A stretch of 32,000 nt of DNA, from NCBI RefSeq assembly GCF_029504745.1, contig NZ_JAQFIQ010000021.1, forward strand, positions 1 through 32,000. Reading direction: 5' to 3'. This document shows positions 1-8,170 of this stretch, piece after piece (the stretch's first letter is position 1; each line of letters begins with the position of its first letter). Below the pieces are notes generated by a model. That model ran no database searches. It was not told where the DNA came from and saw only the letters and a list, made by a program, of their open reading frames with translations. The stretch is from Breznakia sp. PF5-3. GTDB lineage: Bacteria; Bacillota_I; Bacilli_A; Erysipelotrichales; Erysipelotrichaceae. The position numbers were made by a program, and so were the translations under genes.

Positions 1-698
1 ATAACTATGAGGCAAAAGAATATGCAGTATACACAATACTAGGAATCAATTTAAAAGGTCAGAAAGATATTCTAGGGCTGTGGTTAAGTGAAAGCAAAAG
101 CAAGAATCAATGGATGCAGATATTTGATGAGATAAAGAATCGAGGAGTAGAAGATATATTCTTCATTTCTATGGATGGAGTAAGTGGGTTGGAAGCAGGA
201 GCAAAATCGATATTTCCAAATGCATTGGTACAACGATATATCGTACACTTAATTCGCAATTCCTTAAACTATGTACCAAGTAAAGATTATAAGAAATACA
301 CACAAGCATTGAAGAAAGTATATGGAGCACCAAACTTAAAAGCAGCGCAAGTAGCATTCGATAATTTTAGGAAAGAGTTCTCCTCTTATCCAGGAGCAAT
401 TGATGTATGGGAGCGAAATTTTAAACACGTAGAACAGTTATTTGATTATGGAAGTGACATACGAAAAGTAATGTATACGACAAATGCAATTGAAGCAATT
501 CATTCTAGTTTTCGTAAAGTCACAAAAAAAGGAGCATTCCCAAATGAGAACGCTCTCTTCAAAGTACTCTATTTACGAGTTTGTGAGTTACAAGATAAGT
601 GGCAAGGTGGAACGATTCATAACTGGTCAATGGTAATGAATCAGTTGCTGATCAACGATAAAATCGCTGAACGTATCCGCAAATACTCAGCATTCTAA
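1..698 (+). CDS. IS256-family (Mutator-like) DDE transposase, C-terminal ~230 aa; the 5' end lies outside the window
   Basis: Frame 3 is open from nt 3 (NYEAKEYAVYTILGINLKGQKDILGLWLSESKSKNQWMQIF...) and runs into the listed ORF 114..698. Motifs are typical of IS256 transposases: ILGLW, FISMDGVSGL, QRxIVHxIRNS, TTNAIE..FRK. Confidence 0.85.
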   Translation, partial: NYEAKEYAVYTILGINLKGQKDILGLWLSESKSKNQWMQIFDEIKNRGVEDIFFISMDGVSGLEAGAKSIFPNALVQRYIVHLIRNSLNYVPSKDYKKYTQALKKVYGAPNLKAAQVAFDNFRKEFSSYPGAIDVWERNFKHVEQLFDYGSDIRKVMYTTNAIEAIHSSFRKVTKKGAFPNENALFKVLYLRVCELQDKWQGGTIHNWSMVMNQLLINDKIAERIRKYSAF

Positions 699-731
699 AA
701 ACTACTTACACACTTTTCTTGACAAACCCAG
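1..731 (+). mobile_element. Right-hand portion of an IS256-family insertion sequence (left part is off-window)
   Basis: The transposase stop at 698 is followed by cttacacacttttcttgacaaaccc (~707-731), which resembles IS256-type terminal inverted repeats. The boundary is approximate. Confidence 0.6.
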
Positions 732-751
732 GAGTTCCATCTTTTTGCGAC

Positions 752-2089
752 CTATTTTTTGTTGTATGGACCTCGTTTACGTCCTTCCTGTTTGTCGGAC
801 TCTAAACGATCACTTATTGAATAAAACACTTTTTTATTAAGTGCTAATAAAACTCTCTTTCGTAATCTTTGAAAGTTCACTGCTCCATAAATCAAGGCTA
901 AGTATGAACGTATTTTACCGTTGATATTTTCTGCTAGTGCATTTGATTGTTTTCTATTATGATAGGGTCTTTCAAATGAGTTAATAATCTGGTCATGCCA
1001 GTTAATAAGTGTATTTGTACACTCATTAAGTTCACTTATCCCTGATTCTTGAAACTCTTTAATTAAATGATCTAACCACACTTCACAGTTTTCAATTGTA
1101 GCTGTATCATTGAAAAATTGATAGTTGCTTTTTAATTCATATGTAATTTTTAACCTATCAGAAACCTCTAGAAGCATATTGAATAGTTGTCGTTTATTAA
1201 CTTTTCTTTTAAAGTGTTGATTGTGTTGTGGTTCATTATCTAGATTTATATCCTTTATCTCTAGAAGCTTATGCCAATTTTTCAATAAATAATAGGCATC
1301 ACTTCCATATGGCGTTTGATTCATAATATTTAATCTCATTCGAGAAAAAGCATCACATACTCCCTTTACCACATGAAAAGGGTCGACAGCTATTTTTGCC
1401 TTAGGAAAATGTTTCTTAGCTATATCATAATAAGCTAGCCACATATCAATAGTTACGAATTTCACCTTACTTTTCTCCTTTGATGAATACATTTGAAAAT
1501 ACCGCTCTAACTTACGTTTTGATCTTGAGTTTAAAATATCAATAGGATAACGGTTTGCGTTATCTATGAGAACGCATAAATAAGCGCTGTTAGAAGCAGA
1601 CATTTTTTTAGAGTGTAGTTCATCAATTCCTAAACATTTAGGGAGAGTGGGTTTCAAAATGCTCACATAACTGTCTAAATATAATTGTACAGAAGTAGGA
1701 GATATCTCAGTGAGTTCTGCTATTCGCTTAAATGCTAAATCTAGATCAGCTAAATATCTTATAACACGATTAATTACAGCGAAGCTATTATTGAATCCTT
1801 CAAAAGTAAAATGATTCTGTTCAAAAAAGGTCTTTGAACAGTGTTTACAGATATAGCGTCTTGCATGATAATGAATCACGCCATCAAAGTCATGTAGATT
1901 AGGATGGTGAATAATACGTTCTTTTTTTCCGTGAGGATTACATGGACCACCACAATATTTACATTCATGCTTTTTAATATGAAGCGTAATATGATAATGA
2001 AATGTATTGCCAACTTGATAGCAACTATAATTTTCAATGGTATCAGGGTGGACATTAAAAAGTGCTGTGATAAAATCTTTATTAGGAAT
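752..2089 (-). CDS. ISL3-family transposase, probably full length (~445 aa) with a non-canonical ATT (or ATC) start
   Basis: The listed ORF 752..1879 starts at an internal GTG, but the frame stays open up to the stop at 2114-2116. The extension encodes I/NIPNKDFITALFNVHPDTIENYSCYQVGNTFHYHITLHIKKHECKYCGGPCNPHGKKERIIHHPNLHDFDG, i.e. the first CxxC of the zf-ISL3 finger; the second is CKHC. AAGGGAGGA lies 7 nt upstream of the ATT at 2089. There is no in-frame ATG/GTG/TTG between 1882 and 2113. Confidence 0.75.
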   Translation of the reverse strand: MPNKDFITALFNVHPDTIENYSCYQVGNTFHYHITLHIKKHECKYCGGPCNPHGKKERIIHHPNLHDFDGVIHYHARRYICKHCSKTFFEQNHFTFEGFNNSFAVINRVIRYLADLDLAFKRIAELTEISPTSVQLYLDSYVSILKPTLPKCLGIDELHSKKMSASNSAYLCVLIDNANRYPIDILNSRSKRKLERYFQMYSSKEKSKVKFVTIDMWLAYYDIAKKHFPKAKIAVDPFHVVKGVCDAFSRMRLNIMNQTPYGSDAYYLLKNWHKLLEIKDINLDNEPQHNQHFKRKVNKRQLFNMLLEVSDRLKITYELKSNYQFFNDTATIENCEVWLDHLIKEFQESGISELNECTNTLINWHDQIINSFERPYHNRKQSNALAENINGKIRSYLALIYGAVNFQRLRKRVLLALNKKVFYSISDRLESDKQEGRKRGPYNKK

Positions 2090-2167
2090 ATTGATTCCTC
2101 CCTTCGTATAATTTTAGATCACAACTATAAATTAGCACGAAGGTTTTTTCTTTTTCAAGGTTACTAG

Positions 2168-2246
2168 CCACACGATATTTTAGGCATATTAAAAAATGGC
2201 CACACTCTATTTTAGAGTCCAACCACAACCACACGATATTTTGGGC
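2168..2246. repeat. Three phased direct copies of an 18-mer (ccacacgatattttaggc / ccacactctattttagag / ccacacgatattttgggc)
   Basis: Copies start at 2168, 2200 and 2229 (spacing 32 and 29 bp). They lie between the ISL3 transposase start and the adhesin gene. Confidence 0.7.
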
Positions 2247-2348
2247 GCCATTATTATTATTTTCTATGGTTTCATAGAACGTAAATTATTTTCATTTCGT
2301 CATAAATTGTAGGGCGAAAATTATTATAAAGTTTTAAGGAGGAAAAAA

Positions 2349-5300
2349 ATGAAAAAGATTAGTTTATTAACTGTGTTTAAGAAAATATTTCTAGTTTGTA
2401 TGATTATGTTTATTTCATTATCAGCAATCAGTATACCGCAAAGTGTACAAGCGAATGAAGAAGCATCAGAAACTGAAATAAACGAAGAAACACAAACAGA
2501 GCGGAATGAAGTAAAGGAAATTGAAGATACTGTTGAATTAACAGCAAGTGATGGCACAATAAGTGTTTCGCAAGCACAAGATTTGGATAATTTAGGAAGT
2601 TTAAAATCGTTCAATAATGTTCATGCGACATTGAATGCGGTAGATAAGACAAGCGAAGTGAGTGTGAGAACCTCTTATGAAACAGCTATTTTATCTGGAG
2701 TACCAGGAATTTATAGTGTTATTTATAGTTTTGAAGGCCAAAGTAAAACAGTAAATATAACTGTTTTAAAGAATAGAAACGCAAGAGCAAATGTTATAAC
2801 AGCAACGAACGCAACTGTAAATTCATTAGAAATGCTTTATACGAATAGAGGGGATATGATATATTATGAAGCATATCTAATACGATCATGTCATAATGTA
2901 AAAGTTAATGGAGAGGATACAAGTACTTGGAATCAAAAATTAGTAGAGACAATTGTATCAGAGGCAGATTGGTATTCAATAAAAATGGGAAAAGTAGGAA
3001 CTTACAACATCACGTTTCAATATAACCCTGTTTCAGAGACGCCAGTAAGTACTACAGTAAAACTTACAATTGAAAATAAAAGTCATAAATATACTTTAGA
3101 TGCGAAGGATGGGATAATAACTGATTATTATGCGAGATCCTATAGGGAACCTGGGCCATTGCCAATTCCAATAAATGATAATAAGGTTGTTGCTACTAAG
3201 GATGGTGTTGATAATACACATCTTGTTGCAGCAAAATTTGATACTTATGAAAATCGCGATAATTTTCGAGCAGGAAAATCAGGAACTTATAGTATAACGT
3301 ATATCAATGCAAACATAACGAAAACAGTAAAGATTACTGTCGTACCTAGATTTGCTACCATTATAGAAGCAAGCAATGGAACAATAAGTGATACACAAGC
3401 AAAAACATTAGGTAATTTGAAAAATTTAAAATCATATAATAAAGTAAGTGGAAGAATAGATGATTATGGACGAAGTGGTGTTTTAAATCCGAACAAAGCA
3501 ATAGATAGAACACGTGAGGTAATTGTAGAATCAAAGGATACTGATGCTATTTTGGCAGGAATACCAGGAACCTATAGTGTAACTTATACAACGGAAGCAT
3601 CAAATTATACATATAATAATTCATCCAAAACCGTAACGATTACAGTTACTAAAACAGATTCCTATATTTTAAATGCGAGCAATGGAACAATGAGTGATAC
3701 GCAAGCGAAAGCACTAGGAAATATAAGTAATCTAAAATCATATAATAATGTAAGTGCAAGTTTGAATGGAGTAAATAAAATAAATGAAGTAAGTGTAAGT
3801 ACGAGTAATAACAGTGCGATATTAGCAGGGACCCCAGGAACATATAATGTAACATATGGTTATGGAGGACAAAGTAAAACCGTAAGTATCACTGTATCGA
3901 AAGATCCAGATGTGATTACTTTAAATGCAATAAATGGAACACTAACATCATCGCAAGCGAAGGCATTAGGAGTTTTAAGTAACTTAAAACCATACAATCA
4001 AGTAAGTGCAAGTTTGAATGGAAATGATGTTACATCTTCAGTAAATGTGAGTTCCACAAGTACAAGTGCAATCTTGAGTGGAATTGTAGGAACGTACAGT
4101 GTAACGTATACATATGGAGGACAAAGTAAGACCGTAAATATTACAGTGGTAGCAGATCCAGATGTAATTGTATTGAATGCAAGTGATGGAAGCATAAGTG
4201 TAAGTGAAGTAAAGAAATACGTAAGTTTAGATAGTTTAAGGAAATATAATAATGTAAAAGCGACACTAAACGGAACTATTGTGACAGGGCAAGTAACAGC
4301 AACATCACCAAATGAAATAGATATTTTATTGGGGAAATTAGGAACCTATCCAATAACATATAGTTATGGAGGACAAAGTAAGACCGTAAATATTACAGTG
4401 GTAGCAGATCCAGATGTGATTACTTTAAATGCAATAAATGGAACACTAACATCATCGCAAGCGAAGGCATTAGGAGTTTTAAGTAACTTAAAACCATACA
4501 ATCAAGTGAGTGCAAGTTTGAATGGAAATGATGTTACATCTTCAGTAAATGTGAGCTCTACAAGTACAAGTGCAATCTTGAGTGGAATTGTAGGAACGTA
4601 CAGTGTAACGTATACATATGGAGGACAAAGTAAGACCGTAAGTATCACTGTATCGAAGGATCCAGATGTAATTGTATTGAATGCAAGTGATGGAACAATG
4701 AGTGATACGCAAGCGAAAGCATTGGGTAATTTAAGTAATCTAAAACCATATAATGGAGTCATCGCAAGATTAAATGGAGTGGATAAAACAAGTGAAGTAA
4801 ATGTAAGTGCAAGTAGCAGTGTAGCAATTTTATCAGGAACTCCAGGAACGTATAGTGTGACATACAGTTATGGAGGGCAAAGTAAAACAGTAAGTATAAC
4901 AATAACGAAAAGTGAAGAGATAATAGTAATAAGTGCCAAGGATGCGGTGATTACACAAAGTGAAGCGCAAGCATTAAAAGATGAACAAGCATTATTAGCA
5001 TATAACGATGCAAGAGCAAGTGTAAATGGAACAAGTGTAACACCAATCGCAACAGTAGCAAGTTGGTCAGCAATAAAAGCAGGAATCTTGGGAACGTATA
5101 AAGTAGAGTATAGTTATAAAGGACAAAGTAAAACAGTAAATGTAAGAGTAGTTGAAGATGGAGGAGTAATTCCACCGGATCGTTCATTTGTAATCTATGC
5201 GAATACAGCAGTAATGCATGCAGCGGAAGCAAAGCAGTTAACGAATAGAAATGAATTGATATCAGTCCATCAAGCAAGAGTAGAATTAGCAAATGGAGGA

Positions 5301-7040
5301 AGTGGACAACCAAGTGTTTCGGTATTAACAGCAAGTAAAGATAAAGAAGCATGGGGAGAAGTGACACAAGGGAAAGTAGGGCTGTATGCGGTTATATTTG
5401 GATATGGAAGTGGAAGCAATCAGGAAACTAAGGAAGTAGGATTATTTGTCATTGAAATAGCAGTAAGCGTGGAAGCGCAAGATGGAATTATGAGCCCAAG
5501 TGAAGCACAAGCCTTAGCCGATTTAAATGGAGTAAAGATATATAATAAAGTAACAGCAAAAGAAGGTAGTATAGATAAAACAAGTGAAGTAAGTGCAAGT
5601 TCACCATATGAGTCAATGATTTTAGCAGGAGTAGAAGGAACATATCCGATTACATATACATATGGGAATGTGAGTAGAGGAGTGAAGATAACCATCAAGG
5701 ATGGGAAGATATCACCAGATCGCAAGTTTGTAGTATCAGCAAAAAATAAAGTGATAACCCAAGAGCAAGCAAGAGCATTGAATGTGAAAGAAGATTTAAT
5801 CGCATACAATGAAGCAGCAGTAACATTTGCAGATGGAACAACTACCGATCCAGTAGTACGAGCACCAGAATTTGCATTGATTCAATCAGGAAACTCATTA
5901 GAAAAACCACATATGAATTATTATAGTTATGGAAGTGGAGCGAATGCCGTAGAAGTAGCGGCAAGTGTCACTGTAGTGAAGGGACAAATATCTCCAGATG
6001 AAGACTTTATTTTGAAAGCGCAAGATGCATTGATGAGTCAAAGTGAAGCCAAAGCATTATTAGGAAAACAAGAATTGCTACAAATCAATAAAGCAGAGGT
6101 AGTCTTTACAGATGGAAGTGGTTCAACGGTACCGAATGTAGATATATTAACATCAAAATGGACAGAGTTAAATAATGGAGTTGTAGGAGTATATGAAGTT
6201 ACATATAGTTATGGAAACGGGAATAACTATACACAAAAGAAGGTGAAAGTAACAGTATGTCCAGATGGAAGTGAGATATCCCCAGAAAGAACCTTTGCAG
6301 TATATGCCAAAGATGCAGTAATTACACAAAGTGAAGCTAAAGGAATAGCGAATGAAAATGGTTTAATAAGATATAATGCAGCGATGGTATATTTTGGTGA
6401 TGGAACAACAACCAATCCAAGTGTAACGACAAGTGAGTTGGCGAAGATAAAAGCAGGAACTTTGGGAAGTTACAATGTGAAATATTCCTATGTGGAAGAT
6501 GGAGTAAGTGTAGCGAAGGATGTAAAAGTAACTGTCGTAAAAGATGGGGCACAAATCGGGCCAGAAAGAGATTTAGCAATTTATGCAGAAGATGCAACAT
6601 TGAGTGTAGACGAAGCAAAAGGGTTGAATGTGAAGGAAGATTTAATTACAAAATGTAAAGCAGAAGTATATTATGCTGATGGAAGAAAAGGAATCCCAGA
6701 TGTAGTAGCAAGTAAGTTTACAACAATCAAAAATGGAACAGAAGGGAAATATGATGTAAGTTTTGAAAAAGGAAGTGTAAGTAAGGATGTAGTGGTAAGT
6801 GTGAGTGTAGATTACTATGAAGCATATTTATTTGACTACAACGGGAATGGAGTTGTAGACTCTTATGATAATGCAATGTTTAATAATTATTTAATGGGAA
6901 ATATAGCAATGACACCAGAAGCATTATTATTGAGTGATGCGAATGGGAATGGAATGATAGATTCTTATGATTCAGCGAGATTAAGTTATTTCTTGATGAA
7001 TCCACAAGTAACACCACCAATTGTAAGAATTCCTAAATAG
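2349..7040 (+). CDS. Giant secreted repeat protein (1563 aa): signal peptide, ~16 tandem Ig-like modules, C-terminal dockerin-like module; putative adhesin
   Basis: Strong RBS (aaggagg-N7-ATG). The N-terminus MKKISLLTVFKKIFLVCMIMFISLSAISIPQSVQA is a signal peptide. The recurring module is ..(S/T)xSxAKAL..L..YN.V.A.LNG.D.T..V.V.....AIL.G.PGTYSVTYSYGGQSKTV.ITV, resembling the G-TY-VTY pattern of bacterial Ig-like (Big_3/DUF5011-type) repeats. There is no LPXTG motif. Confidence 0.9.
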   Translation: MKKISLLTVFKKIFLVCMIMFISLSAISIPQSVQANEEASETEINEETQTERNEVKEIEDTVELTASDGTISVSQAQDLDNLGSLKSFNNVHATLNAVDKTSEVSVRTSYETAILSGVPGIYSVIYSFEGQSKTVNITVLKNRNARANVITATNATVNSLEMLYTNRGDMIYYEAYLIRSCHNVKVNGEDTSTWNQKLVETIVSEADWYSIKMGKVGTYNITFQYNPVSETPVSTTVKLTIENKSHKYTLDAKDGIITDYYARSYREPGPLPIPINDNKVVATKDGVDNTHLVAAKFDTYENRDNFRAGKSGTYSITYINANITKTVKITVVPRFATIIEASNGTISDTQAKTLGNLKNLKSYNKVSGRIDDYGRSGVLNPNKAIDRTREVIVESKDTDAILAGIPGTYSVTYTTEASNYTYNNSSKTVTITVTKTDSYILNASNGTMSDTQAKALGNISNLKSYNNVSASLNGVNKINEVSVSTSNNSAILAGTPGTYNVTYGYGGQSKTVSITVSKDPDVITLNAINGTLTSSQAKALGVLSNLKPYNQVSASLNGNDVTSSVNVSSTSTSAILSGIVGTYSVTYTYGGQSKTVNITVVADPDVIVLNASDGSISVSEVKKYVSLDSLRKYNNVKATLNGTIVTGQVTATSPNEIDILLGKLGTYPITYSYGGQSKTVNITVVADPDVITLNAINGTLTSSQAKALGVLSNLKPYNQVSASLNGNDVTSSVNVSSTSTSAILSGIVGTYSVTYTYGGQSKTVSITVSKDPDVIVLNASDGTMSDTQAKALGNLSNLKPYNGVIARLNGVDKTSEVNVSASSSVAILSGTPGTYSVTYSYGGQSKTVSITITKSEEIIVISAKDAVITQSEAQALKDEQALLAYNDARASVNGTSVTPIATVASWSAIKAGILGTYKVEYSYKGQSKTVNVRVVEDGGVIPPDRSFVIYANTAVMHAAEAKQLTNRNELISVHQARVELANGGSGQPSVSVLTASKDKEAWGEVTQGKVGLYAVIFGYGSGSNQETKEVGLFVIEIAVSVEAQDGIMSPSEAQALADLNGVKIYNKVTAKEGSIDKTSEVSASSPYESMILAGVEGTYPITYTYGNVSRGVKITIKDGKISPDRKFVVSAKNKVITQEQARALNVKEDLIAYNEAAVTFADGTTTDPVVRAPEFALIQSGNSLEKPHMNYYSYGSGANAVEVAASVTVVKGQISPDEDFILKAQDALMSQSEAKALLGKQELLQINKAEVVFTDGSGSTVPNVDILTSKWTELNNGVVGVYEVTYSYGNGNNYTQKKVKVTVCPDGSEISPERTFAVYAKDAVITQSEAKGIANENGLIRYNAAMVYFGDGTTTNPSVTTSELAKIKAGTLGSYNVKYSYVEDGVSVAKDVKVTVVKDGAQIGPERDLAIYAEDATLSVDEAKGLNVKEDLITKCKAEVYYADGRKGIPDVVASKFTTIKNGTEGKYDVSFEKGSVSKDVVVSVSVDYYEAYLFDYNGNGVVDSYDNAMFNNYLMGNIAMTPEALLLSDANGNGMIDSYDSARLSYFLMNPQVTPPIVRIPK
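3903..4137 (+). repeat. Intragenic near-identical repeat, copy 1 (module 6 of the adhesin)
   Basis: 235 bp matching 4407..4641 at an offset of exactly 504 bp (168 codons). I count 3 differences (gta/gtg, agt/agc, tcc/tct), all synonymous. Confidence 0.9.
4407..4641 (+). repeat. Intragenic near-identical repeat, copy 2 (module 8 of the adhesin)
   Basis: See copy 1. The junction sequences ggaggacaaagtaagaccgtaaatattacagtggtagcagatccagatgt (4117.. and 4370..) are also identical. Confidence 0.9.
6834..7001 (+). other. Dockerin-like module (two EF-hand-like Ca-binding segments) at the adhesin C-terminus
   Basis: DYNGNGVVDSYDNAMFNNYLMG ... DANGNGMIDSYDSARLSYFLMN. Both segments have D/N at loop positions 1, 3, 5, 9 and 12, followed by the helix pattern xxxLxxYL(M) typical of type I dockerin repeats. 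Confidence 0.75.
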
Positions 7041-7088
7041 ATGAGAAAAGGGATTGGAGAGTAATGAGTAGAATATAAGTATCAAAAG

Positions 7089-7126
7089 GGCATTGGCCAT
7101 TTCACAAAGAGGCTAATGTCTTTTTT
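7089..7126 (+). terminator. Rho-independent terminator of the adhesin gene
   Basis: ggcattggcc / ggctaatgtc form a 10-bp stem (two G-U pairs) with a 12-nt loop, followed by TTTTTT. Confidence 0.7.
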
Positions 7127-7358
7127 GTGCAATGATTAACTCATTTTTATAAGTAAAATTAATACATTAAGAAGAATTGAAATTTGCTTCATCAGCCTAT
7201 CTTTTTTTAATTAAATTAAAATTAGCTTTTATAATTTACAGTTATTATAGAACGTTTTTTCATTTATAGCACTTTCTATTCTAAAAACTTGTTGATATTG
7301 TAAATATATAGCAAATAGTATAAAATAAATAGGTGAGGGATTTTGAAAAGGTGAGAAA

Positions 7359-8162
7359 ATGAAAAGTGTTTTTTTTGTTTTAAAAGAGAATATCACAAAT
7401 CTATATCGGATTTTTTCGATTGCGAAATATGAACTATTAGCAGATATGAGAGACTCTAAATTAGGGATATTCTGGAATATAGCAAATCCACTTATCCAAA
7501 TGGCAACCTTTTGGTTTGTTTTTGGTATTGGAATACGTAAGGGACGTGGAGTAGGAATCGTTAGTTTTTTACCTTGGATGATTGTTGGAATTACAGTCTG
7601 GTTCTTTATAAGTCCATGTATAACAAAAGGGGTAAGTTGTATTTATGAAAAACGTAATATTATAACAAAAATGAAATTTCCTGTTAGTATATTACCAGCT
7701 ACCATTGTATTGAAAGAGTTATTTAACCATATAATTATGATTACACTAGTGATAACCATTTTGTTTGTCAGAGGTCATCAACCTAACCTAATGTGGTTTC
7801 AAATCTTATATTATATGTTCTGTGCAATTTGTTTTTCGATTTCTTTAGGAATGATTACAAGTGTTTTAAACATGTTCACAAGAGATGTGAAAAAATTAGT
7901 AACAGCATGTATGCGAATGTTGATGTATTTAACTCCTATTTTATGGACAATGGAAAATATACCTGAGAAATATCAAATTATTATGAAAATGAATCCATTA
8001 TATTATATTGTTGAAGGGTATCGAGGAAGTTTGTTTTTTCAAGATAGTTTTATGAATCATCCTGCACAGACAGCATTTTTCTGGGGGTTGATTATTGTTA
8101 TGTTTGTGATAGGTAGTAACTTGATGTATCGTTTTAAACACAAGTTTATCGATATGCTGTAG
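7359..8162 (+). CDS. tagG: Teichoic acid ABC exporter permease (ABC-2 type)
   Basis: 267-aa polytopic membrane protein (ABC-2 family pattern, 6 TM). It sits immediately upstream of the cognate ATPase and tagD. RBS aaggtgag. Confidence 0.85.
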   Translation: MKSVFFVLKENITNLYRIFSIAKYELLADMRDSKLGIFWNIANPLIQMATFWFVFGIGIRKGRGVGIVSFLPWMIVGITVWFFISPCITKGVSCIYEKRNIITKMKFPVSILPATIVLKELFNHIIMITLVITILFVRGHQPNLMWFQILYYMFCAICFSISLGMITSVLNMFTRDVKKLVTACMRMLMYLTPILWTMENIPEKYQIIMKMNPLYYIVEGYRGSLFFQDSFMNHPAQTAFFWGLIIVMFVIGSNLMYRFKHKFIDML

Positions 8163-8170
8163 GTGATAAT

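Larger units (their letters stand above)
732..2250 (-). mobile_element. ISL3-family insertion sequence (ends not precisely defined)
   Basis: Contains the transposase gene above. The 3' end of that gene lies only ~20 bp from the IS256 terminus. I could not identify convincing terminal inverted repeats or a target duplication by eye. Confidence 0.45.

Noticed and set aside
1904-2167. Plus-strand ORF of 87 aa.
   Set aside because: It lies antisense to the in-frame N-terminal extension (zinc finger) of the ISL3 transposase. It has no RBS and a low-complexity product.
2600-6800. The periodic repeats in the large gene could be mistaken for a CRISPR array or satellite, and many antisense or off-frame ORFs are listed in the track (2324..2614, 3649..3855, 3998..4195, 4502..4762, 4951..5367, 5420..5809, 6227..6415, 6337..6618, 6363..6554).
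   Set aside because: The period is ~252 bp and lies in frame within one continuous 1563-codon ORF with protein-level module conservation. There are no short repeat and spacer units. The antisense ORFs are by-products of the repetitive, low-stop composition and have no RBS.
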